A stretch of DNA of 64,000 nt from NCBI GenBank assembly GCA_942490655.1, contig CALNXZ010000003.1, forward strand, positions 39,441 through 103,440, given 5' to 3'. The DNA is from an uncultured Gammaproteobacteria bacterium (GTDB lineage: Bacteria; Pseudomonadota; Gammaproteobacteria; Steroidobacterales; Woeseiaceae). The notes beneath the pieces were generated by a model, which was not told the origin of the DNA, made no database searches, and saw nothing but the letters and a program-made list of their open reading frames with translations. This document shows, piece after piece, positions 56,896 to 64,000 of this stretch (position 1 is its first letter; every line of letters begins with the position of its first letter). Made by a program: the position numbers and the translations under genes.

Positions 56896-58794
56896 ATGCT
56901 GCAAAATATTCGCGACAACTTAACGGGCAAGGTTGCACTTGTGGTGCTTGGTACAATCGCACTGTCCTTCGTATTCGTTGGTGGTGCCAACTTCACCACG
57001 ATCGGCTCCAGCTATGCTGCCAAAGTCGACGGCACTGATATCGGTATCAACCAGTTTGAATTGGCGTATCGTGACGCGGTTCAGGAAAACCCACAGTACG
57101 CCGCGCTGCCCGACGAATACCGCTTGCAACTGCGCAGCAATATTCTTGAGCAAATGATTCAGCAGCAGGTCATTGATAACTACCTCGACGAAGCGGGGTT
57201 CAAGATTTCTGATCAGCAACTCACCGAAATCGTGCACCAGTTTCCGGAGTTTCAGCTAGACGGTCGTTTCGATCGTGCGACCTACATCGCGGTTCTGGAG
57301 GGCGTGGGCATGACGCCGGCGCAGTTCGAAGCATCACAGCGGCAGTCCCTGCGTCGTGCACAATTGCAGCGAGCCATACGTGGCTCTGCGGTATTGCCGC
57401 CGTCGAGTTACCGTCGCTTCCTGAACCTGGCATTCGAAAACCGGGTCGTTACGACGGCCACCATCAGTCCGGATCTGGTCGCGGCTGAGATCGTCGTAAG
57501 TGATGAGATGGTTAGCGCTTTTTATGACGAGAACCCGACGATGTACAGCCTGCCCGAGACGGCTGACGTTGACTATGTCGAAATTCGCCGCGATTCAGTT
57601 GCGGCCGAGGTCAGCGTGACGGATGAAGAGCTGCGCGAATACTACGAACTTAACAAAGATCGTTACCAGCAGGACGAACAGCGGCAGGCACGGCACATCC
57701 TTATTCTTTTTGACGGTGATGAAGCAGGCGCCAAAGTTGTCGCAGACGAGATGATCACCCGAGTGAACTCCGGTGAAATGTTCGCAGACCTTGCGCGTCA
57801 GTTTTCAAAAGACAGCATGTCGTCCGATATTGGCGGCGATCTTGGAGCACTGACACGCGCGCAGTTGCCGGATGCACTCGCCGATGTCGTTTTTTCAATG
57901 AACGAGGGCGAAGTTCGTGGTCCGGTCAAAGGTGATTTCGGTTATCACATCGTTCGTCTCGACAAGATTCTGGAATCGGGCCCATTACCTTATGAGCAAG
58001 TTCAGGCATCTCTGTTGACGGAATTGCAGGAACAGGAAGCAGAGGGCCTTTTTCTGGCACTTGAGAGAAAGCTTTCGGATGCTCTGTTTGACGCGACTGA
58101 CATTCGCACTGTTGCCGATGCAATCGGTGTCGATGTTCAGAGCGCCCCTGGGTTCGCACGCGATAGTGCGGAGCCCTTCGGCGGCATCGCGACCGCGGTT
58201 GACGCGATTTTCGATCCGGTCGTATTGAGCGGCGCACGTTTGTCAGAAATTGTTGAGCTCGACGCGAATCGCACGCTGGTATTTTCGGTGTCCGGTCATC
58301 AACCGGCGACTCGCGACACGCTAGTCAACGTTCGTGCTCAGATCGTCGAAACACTGACGAACCAGCAGTCTGAAAACCTGATGGCGAGTCGTGCGCAGCA
58401 GATGCTGGATGCAATTGAAGCCGGTGCTGCGTTCGCGGCTGCGGCCGAATCGGTAGGAGCCGACGCGCCCGTCACGTCGATGATGACGCGCAATGCGGAA
58501 GATTCGGATCAGTTTCTGGCGATCGAAGTGTTTACGGCAATCAAGCCGATGCAGGGCAAACCGACCCTGGGCAGTGCCCGCAACGAGGCAGGCGGTTACA
58601 CAGTCTATAGCCTGGATGCCGTTATTCCAGGGGCGCCTGAGAGTATACCGCTCGCTGAACGCGATGCGGGTCGGACGCAGTTGGTTGACCAGTACGGGGT
58701 CGGCGATTTTGTTGCCTTTGTACAGGAGTTGCGGGCCAATGCGGAAGTCATCATCAACGAGGACGCGCTAGCCGCACAAGACCTGTTCCAGTAA
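56896..58794 (+). CDS. ppiD: periplasmic chaperone / peptidyl-prolyl isomerase PpiD
   Basis: 632 aa. N-terminal MLQNIRDN..KVALVVLG TM anchor and a central parvulin-like domain (ARHILI...GGDLG..., GYHIVRL). Confidence 0.85.
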   Translation: MLQNIRDNLTGKVALVVLGTIALSFVFVGGANFTTIGSSYAAKVDGTDIGINQFELAYRDAVQENPQYAALPDEYRLQLRSNILEQMIQQQVIDNYLDEAGFKISDQQLTEIVHQFPEFQLDGRFDRATYIAVLEGVGMTPAQFEASQRQSLRRAQLQRAIRGSAVLPPSSYRRFLNLAFENRVVTTATISPDLVAAEIVVSDEMVSAFYDENPTMYSLPETADVDYVEIRRDSVAAEVSVTDEELREYYELNKDRYQQDEQRQARHILILFDGDEAGAKVVADEMITRVNSGEMFADLARQFSKDSMSSDIGGDLGALTRAQLPDALADVVFSMNEGEVRGPVKGDFGYHIVRLDKILESGPLPYEQVQASLLTELQEQEAEGLFLALERKLSDALFDATDIRTVADAIGVDVQSAPGFARDSAEPFGGIATAVDAIFDPVVLSGARLSEIVELDANRTLVFSVSGHQPATRDTLVNVRAQIVETLTNQQSENLMASRAQQMLDAIEAGAAFAAAAESVGADAPVTSMMTRNAEDSDQFLAIEVFTAIKPMQGKPTLGSARNEAGGYTVYSLDAVIPGAPESIPLAERDAGRTQLVDQYGVGDFVAFVQELRANAEVIINEDALAAQDLFQ

Positions 58795-58846
58795 GCTTGC
58801 CTGAATAAGAAAAACACGACTACGGCTCAGCCGTAACGGGGGATTC

Positions 58847-60139
58847 ATGCGCAAGCTGGCATTGCACTGGCAAATACTGATCGCAATTATTCTGGCGGGT
58901 ATCGCTGGATCGGTCATTTTCGAATATCGCAGTAGCAGCAATATCGAGCCCGGAATTTTCGGTGTCGATTACATCGTGATATTTGGCTACATCGGTAAGC
59001 TGTTCCTGAACGCGCTGAAGATGATCATCGTGCCGCTGATTACGTCGTCAATTATCGTCGGCGTTGCCGGCATAGGGTCCGGCGGAAACCTCGGTGCGCT
59101 CGGTGGCAAGACGCTGATCTTTTACGCGGCGACGACGCTTGCCGCCATTCTTGTCGGTCTGTTCGTCATCAATGCGATCGGACCCGGATACAACGCGGAT
59201 GGCGAACCCGCACGCGAAGAACTGGCCTTCACCGCAACTGCCGAGGAAGTGGCGGCGAAGGTTGGCGACAAAGACGCCGGCGACGTGGCCGAAATATTCC
59301 TGCGCATGATCCCTGAGAACGTCGTTCTTGCTGCTGCGGAAGGGCAGATGCTGGGCCTGATCTTCTTCGCGATCCTGTTTGGCTATTTCATGACGCATCT
59401 GCCGCATGATTTTGCGGAACCCTTGTTCAAATTCTGGAATGGCGTTTTTCACGTCATGATGAAGATGACCGAGTGGATCATGAAATTCGCTCCAATTGGC
59501 GTATTCGGCCTGGTGGGTGGTGTGATTGCCGAAGCGGGGCTCAAGGCCGCGGGGCCGTTGGCGGTGTTCGCCATTGCTGTACTGGTTGCCCTGGCGCTGC
59601 ATGCACTCGTGACTTTGCCGTTGCTGCTGCGATTCGTGGGTCGTGTAAACCCGGTTAAGACGATTATAGGTGCGTCCCAGGCGATGCTGACAGCGTTCTC
59701 GACCGCCTCATCATCCGCCACACTGCCGGTGACGATTGAATGCGTTGAGGACAAGATCGGTGTCTCCAACAAGATATCGAGTTTCGTGCTGCCATTGGGT
59801 GCGACGGTCAATATGAACGGCACTGCCTTGTACGAATGCGCGGCGGCATTGTTCCTGGCGCAAGCCTACGGGCTGGAACTGACTTTCGGTGTGCAATTCA
59901 CGATCGTGACGATCGCCTTGATGACGTCCATCGGCGTTGCCGGGGTTCCATCTGCGTCGCTGGTGGCTATCGCCATCATCCTCGGCGCGATTGGTTTGCC
60001 GGTAGAGGCCATCGGCGTGTTGATGGTCTTCGATCGCATCCTCGATATGTGCCGTACGAGCATCAATATCTGGGGCGATATCTGTTGCGCAACGATCATT
60101 GCCCGCCTGGAAGGTGAGGAAACCAAGGTCGCGGCTTAG
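58847..60139 (+). CDS. dicarboxylate/amino acid:cation symporter (DAACS family)
   Basis: 430 aa polytopic protein. [12 protein letters not shown] and NMNGTALYE motifs of the GltP/SstT family. Confidence 0.85.
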   Translation: MRKLALHWQILIAIILAGIAGSVIFEYRSSSNIEPGIFGVDYIVIFGYIGKLFLNALKMIIVPLITSSIIVGVAGIGSGGNLGALGGKTLIFYAATTLAAILVGLFVINAIGPGYNADGEPAREELAFTATAEEVAAKVGDKDAGDVAEIFLRMIPENVVLAAAEGQMLGLIFFAILFGYFMTHLPHDFAEPLFKFWNGVFHVMMKMTEWIMKFAPIGVFGLVGGVIAEAGLKAAGPLAVFAIAVLVALALHALVTLPLLLRFVGRVNPVKTIIGASQAMLTAFSTASSSATLPVTIECVEDKIGVSNKISSFVLPLGATVNMNGTALYECAAALFLAQAYGLELTFGVQFTIVTIALMTSIGVAGVPSASLVAIAIILGAIGLPVEAIGVLMVFDRILDMCRTSINIWGDICCATIIARLEGEETKVAA

Positions 60140-60930
60140 TCTTCGTCGAAGACCATGCCCATGATGTTGGCGCCGGCGTCCACGAAGGTGGTCTCGCCCG
60201 TAATACCGCTTGCGAGGTCGGAGCACAGGAATGCCGCCGTATTCCCGACTTCCTCGATGGATACCGTGCGGCGCAAAGGTGATGCCTTCTCAGCGTAGTT
60301 CAGCATCTTGCGAAAGCCGGAAATGCCAGCCGCGGCCAGCGTCTTGATGGCGCCTGCAGAGATCGCATTGACCCGTATGCCCTTGGGCCCGAGATCGGCA
60401 GCGAGGAAGCGCACACAGGACTCGAGGCTGGCCTTGGCGAGGCCCATGACGTTGTAATTCGGTACAACCTGGGTCGCAGCATTGTAGGTTAGCGTCAAAA
60501 TCGAGCCATTACGCCCCTGCATCATCGGTAGTCCGGCTTTCGCCAGTGCTGCGAGGCTGTAGGCCGAAATATCATGAGAGATGGCGAAACCTTCGCGGGT
60601 GATGGATTCGACAAAGCCGCCCTCAAGCTGCTCGCGCGGCGCAAAACCGACGGAATGGACGAGGATGTCGAGTCCGTCCCAATGCTTGCCGAGGCTCGCG
60701 AAAACCGCGGCGATTTCGTCGTCCGAGGTCACGTCGCAAGGGAACAGCAGGTCTGAATTCTGGCCGAGGCGCTCGGCCAGCTTTTGCACGCGGCTGAGCA
60801 GCTTCTCGTTCTGATAGGTAAATGCGATCTCGCAGCCTTCGCGGGCAAATGCCTCGGCGATACCGGTGGCGATAGAACGATCACTTGCGACACCCACAAT
60901 CAGTGCCTTCTTGCCGGCCATGAAGCCCAT
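60136..60930 (-). CDS. fabI: enoyl-[acyl-carrier-protein] reductase (NADH)
   Basis: 264 aa. [22 protein letters not shown] and Y..MG.AKA.LE motifs. Confidence 0.95.
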   Translation of the reverse strand: MGFMAGKKALIVGVASDRSIATGIAEAFAREGCEIAFTYQNEKLLSRVQKLAERLGQNSDLLFPCDVTSDDEIAAVFASLGKHWDGLDILVHSVGFAPREQLEGGFVESITREGFAISHDISAYSLAALAKAGLPMMQGRNGSILTLTYNAATQVVPNYNVMGLAKASLESCVRFLAADLGPKGIRVNAISAGAIKTLAAAGISGFRKMLNYAEKASPLRRTVSIEEVGNTAAFLCSDLASGITGETTFVDAGANIMGMVFDED

Positions 60931-60986
60931 ATGCTTGTCCCGTATTGATTGGTGGCGGGTATTCTAACCCACGAAGTCGCCAAGGT

Positions 60987-62654
60987 TTAGCTGGATTGTG
61001 CGGTCACGTCCACGTACATCGTGAGCTTCTGTCCCGGCCGCAAGAGCTTGTCCTTGTCGATATTGTTCCAGCGCGCGATCTGATCGATACCGACGCGGAA
61101 TTTGCGGGCGATCAGATACAGGGAATCTCCGCTGCGCACCGTGTAATTCAGTTTGCGGGTGGTGTTGCCCGGTGCCTGCGTTGGCGAGGTCCTCGGTGCC
61201 GCGATTGATGCACTCGTCGCATCCGTCCAAACCACCAGCTTCTTGCCCACTGACAGTGTGTCGCGTGGTGCCATGCCGTTCCACGCGGCGAGTTCGCGTG
61301 TCGTAACTTTGTAGCGCTGACCGATAGACCAGAAAGACTCGCCATTCGCCACGATATGTTCGACCTTGTTGCCGTCGCGGGTTCGATTCTGTGTGACGGC
61401 CAGTCGCGCATCCGCGCTTTTGCTGTAGGCACTGAGTGGTTTGGTGGCAACCGGGATCAGCAGGTAGTCCCCGGCGCGTATCGTGTTGCTCTTGAGATTG
61501 TTTGCCGAGCGTATCGTTGCCACGGTCGTGTTGTATTTTTCTGCAATCTGCGAAATTGCCTGACCATTGGCCACTTTATGCCGTTGCCAGCGCACGCGCT
61601 CCGACTTGGGCACTTCGTCCAGAGCGGCAATAAACTGCTCAGCGACGGCGACTGGCATCACCAGGCTGTGCGGCCCGGTCGGGTCCGTGGACCAGCGGTT
61701 ATAACCTGGGTTGTACTGATAAACCGTATCGACATCGACGCCAGCCAGCTCTGCCGCCAACGCGAGGTCCAATTGGCCTCCGATGTCAGTTACGACAAAC
61801 TGCGGCTCATCCACGACCAACGGCAGTGTCACGTTGTATTTCTCGGGATCTGCGACGATCTCGACCAGTGCCAGCAACTTCGGCACGTACATGCTCGTCT
61901 CTGTCGGTAGGCGCAGATTCCAGAAATCGATCGGCTTGTTCGCTTTCGTGTTGTTGCGCACGGCGCGACGTACGTTGCCTTCGCCCGAGTTGTAGGACGC
62001 GATCGCGTTCAGCCAGTCACCGTCATTAAATTCATACAGGTATTCCAGGTAGTCGAGCGCCGCGCGTGTCGAATCCACTACGTCACGACGGCCGTCGTAC
62101 CACCAGTTCTGCTTAACGCCAAATCGTTTTGCGGTACCCGGGATCATTTGCCAGAGGCCGGCCGCGCGACCGTGCGAGTAAGCGAACGGGTCGTAGGCGC
62201 TCTCGACGATCGGCAACAACGCCAGCTCCAGCGGCAGGTCGCGACGCTCGAGTTCTGCGACGATATACGGCAGGTAACGTTGCGCTCGCGTGAACACGCG
62301 CTCGAGATAGTCCGGATGCCGCGCAAACCAGTTCTTCTCGGCCTCGGTGCGATGATTATCTACGTATTGCAGCCGAAATCCGCGCTGCAGCCGGGCAATG
62401 ACATCGTCAACTCCGACCGGAGACGACGCGAGATTGATACCCTCGACGGGCGAAATCAGCGTCAATTCCGGAGCCGTCACTGCCAGCCGATCCGGGTCAA
62501 CATAGGTCGAAGGGCCCGTCAACAGTAAGGGGGCCGCGAGAGCGGGGGCGTAGCCGAATAGCAAAAAGGTGACAGAGAGGGCACCGAGGGCCGAGATTCT
62601 CTGCCAGACTATCTGTAATAATGGCGCCCGTAGCGCTGTGTTTGGATCGGACAT
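60987..62654 (-). CDS. mltD: membrane-bound lytic murein transglycosylase D with C-terminal LysM repeats
   Basis: Internal ATG at 62654. SLT motif ESAYDPFAYSHGRAAGLWQM. Several LysM units (HKVANGQAISQIAEKY, HIVANGESFWSIGQRY, YTVRSGDSLYLIARKF). Confidence 0.85.
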   Translation of the reverse strand: MSDPNTALRAPLLQIVWQRISALGALSVTFLLFGYAPALAAPLLLTGPSTYVDPDRLAVTAPELTLISPVEGINLASSPVGVDDVIARLQRGFRLQYVDNHRTEAEKNWFARHPDYLERVFTRAQRYLPYIVAELERRDLPLELALLPIVESAYDPFAYSHGRAAGLWQMIPGTAKRFGVKQNWWYDGRRDVVDSTRAALDYLEYLYEFNDGDWLNAIASYNSGEGNVRRAVRNNTKANKPIDFWNLRLPTETSMYVPKLLALVEIVADPEKYNVTLPLVVDEPQFVVTDIGGQLDLALAAELAGVDVDTVYQYNPGYNRWSTDPTGPHSLVMPVAVAEQFIAALDEVPKSERVRWQRHKVANGQAISQIAEKYNTTVATIRSANNLKSNTIRAGDYLLIPVATKPLSAYSKSADARLAVTQNRTRDGNKVEHIVANGESFWSIGQRYKVTTRELAAWNGMAPRDTLSVGKKLVVWTDATSASIAAPRTSPTQAPGNTTRKLNYTVRSGDSLYLIARKFRVGIDQIARWNNIDKDKLLRPGQKLTMYVDVTAQSS

Positions 62655-62682
62655 CGGGCAATCGTACTGAGGCAGAAAACTT

Positions 62683-63435
62683 GTGCAAGTAGATCGTTCA
62701 CGAATCACCCAGGACTGGCTGCAGACGCCCCTCGGCAATGCGCTCTTGCGGCAGGAAATCCGGGTCGTCGAGGAGGCGCTGGACGGCGTTTTCGGCGAAC
62801 ACTGCCTGCAACTCGGCCTGTGGGGCGAAAACCGCACGTTCACGCGTTTCACGCGTACTCAGCGCTGCCTGTTAATCGATGAGACGCAGTTTGGCGAGCC
62901 GTCGGCCATTGGTAATTTGCATCAGCTGCCAATTGAGACCGATTCGATCGACGCTATCCTGATGCCGCACACACTGGATTACAGCGATCGGCCACACGCG
63001 ATACTGCGCGAAGTTGACCGAGTGTTGCGACGCGACGGGCGGGTGATCATCCTGGGGTTCAAGCCCGGCGGTTTGTGGGGATTGCGCAGATTGATCCCGG
63101 GCGCGGGTATTCCGCCAGGCGCTGATCACCTGATTTCCGAGCGGCGACTCAAAGACTGGCTGCAGCTGCTCGATATGCGTATTCAGGGCTCGATGCGGTA
63201 TTTTTTTCGTTGGCCGCTGCCGCGCAGTAAAGTGGCCGATTCGGGTCCTTGGGAGATGCGCGGACAGGCCTGGTGGCCGGAGCTGTCAGCTTGCTATATG
63301 CTCTCGGCGCAGAAACGAGTCAATACTCTGACCCCGGTTCGACCGCTCTGGCGACGTCAACCGAAGGTCGTTGGCGGGCTCGCCGAACCTTCAACCCGAG
63401 TCTCCCGAATCCGTTTTGACCAAGACCTCCGTTAA
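62683..63435 (+). CDS. class I SAM-dependent methyltransferase, YafS-like
   Basis: 250 aa with a GTG start. LP...[11 protein letters not shown]....[24 protein letters not shown] resembles E. coli YafS. It lies upstream of rnhA-dnaQ. Confidence 0.65.
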   Translation: MQVDRSRITQDWLQTPLGNALLRQEIRVVEEALDGVFGEHCLQLGLWGENRTFTRFTRTQRCLLIDETQFGEPSAIGNLHQLPIETDSIDAILMPHTLDYSDRPHAILREVDRVLRRDGRVIILGFKPGGLWGLRRLIPGAGIPPGADHLISERRLKDWLQLLDMRIQGSMRYFFRWPLPRSKVADSGPWEMRGQAWWPELSACYMLSAQKRVNTLTPVRPLWRRQPKVVGGLAEPSTRVSRIRFDQDLR

Positions 63436-63877
63436 TTCCATACACATCTACACTGACGGCGCTTGCAGGGGGAATCCCGGTCCGGGCGGCTGGGGCGTGC
63501 TGCTGATCGCCGGCAAGCATGAGAAAACGATGCACGGCGGCGATCCCGAAACCACCAACAATCGCATGGAGCTGACTGCGGCCATCGAGGCGTTGAACGC
63601 GCTCAAGAGCCACAGCCGGGTCGTGCTGCACACCGACTCCAAATACGTCATGGATGGCATCCGGGAATGGATGCCCAACTGGAAGAAGCGCGGCTGGAAA
63701 ACGGCGGCCAGGAAGCCCGTGAAAAACCAGGACCTCTGGCAGGCGCTTGATGTAGCGGTTGGTCACCATGAGGTAGAATGGCGCTGGGTGAAAGGCCATG
63801 ACGGAAATCCGGGTAACGAGGCGGCCGACGCCCTGGCGAACCAGGGTATCGACGAGATGCAGGGCAAGCATTCATGA
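63416..63877 (+). CDS. rnhA: ribonuclease HI
   Basis: [30 protein letters not shown] and [12 protein letters not shown] motifs. A TTG at 63416 gives an E. coli-like N-terminus. The ORF is open from TTG 63371, so the start is uncertain. Confidence 0.9.
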   Translation: MTKTSVNSIHIYTDGACRGNPGPGGWGVLLIAGKHEKTMHGGDPETTNNRMELTAAIEALNALKSHSRVVLHTDSKYVMDGIREWMPNWKKRGWKTAARKPVKNQDLWQALDVAVGHHEVEWRWVKGHDGNPGNEAADALANQGIDEMQGKHS

Positions 63878-64000
63878 GACAGGTCGTACTGGACACAGAA
63901 ACTACAGGCCTCTCTGCGGCCCAGGGTCACCGCGTCATCGAAATTGGTTGTCTCGAGCTGGTCAACCGTCGCCTCACAGGCCGCGAATTTCACCGTTTTC
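63874..64000 (+). CDS. dnaQ: DNA polymerase III subunit epsilon, 5' end (partial)
   Basis: The ATG overlaps the rnhA stop. [13 protein letters not shown] Exo I motif. It runs off the window. Confidence 0.85.
   Translation, partial: MRQVVLDTETTGLSAAQGHRVIEIGCLELVNRRLTGREFHRF

Noticed and set aside
1-64000. CRISPR arrays, rRNA operons, IS elements, prophage or defence-system genes
   Set aside because: No regularly spaced direct repeats were seen by eye. No ORF has nuclease/helicase/transposase/integrase signatures outside the housekeeping genes listed. An exhaustive repeat search was not possible without tools.

Overview
This is a 64 kb chromosomal segment with gammaproteobacterial gene order, apparently from an aerobic, compact marine-type genome. 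No taxon or GC value was computed. Most of it is core housekeeping in familiar syntenic blocks: ribH-nusB-thiL-pgpA, parE-parC, efp, sco-PCuAC-psd-epmA, prmB-aroC-asd-fimV-truA-accD-folC-dedD-cvpA-purF, miaE, lpxH-ppi, tig-clpP-clpX-lon-hupB-ppiD, fabI, mltD and yafS-rnhA-dnaQ. There are seven tRNAs: Pro-Arg-His-Lys, Leu, and Val-Asp. I saw no transposase, integrase, CRISPR array or rRNA.

The clearly non-core content is as follows.
1) A tight nine-gene operon (38582-48620) encodes three divergent non-pyrrolysine MttB-family methyltransferases. It also encodes one corrinoid protein, a DUF1638 protein, a small PF13769-like protein, an MtrH-like methyl-THF methyltransferase, a 2Fe-2S/ASKHA reductive activator and a MetF-like reductase. 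Several of these enzymes carry Arg-rich terminal tails.
2) Next to it lies a large lipoprotein that fuses Calx-beta, a PQQ-type sugar dehydrogenase propeller and a diheme c-type cytochrome module.
3) A second FimV-like protein is paired with a FimX-like degenerate REC-PAS-GGDEF-EAL protein. Each gene is preceded by a shared CRP/Vfr-like motif.
4) There are two Hanks-type Ser/Thr kinases. One is fused to a cyclic-nucleotide-binding domain and the other to a pseudo-receiver domain.
5) A rubrerythrin / HdrD-like Fe-S / DUF3501 triad sits behind a sigma70-like promoter and Fur-family-like inverted repeats.

All functional calls rest on motifs and synteny recognised by eye in the supplied translations. 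No database search was run.
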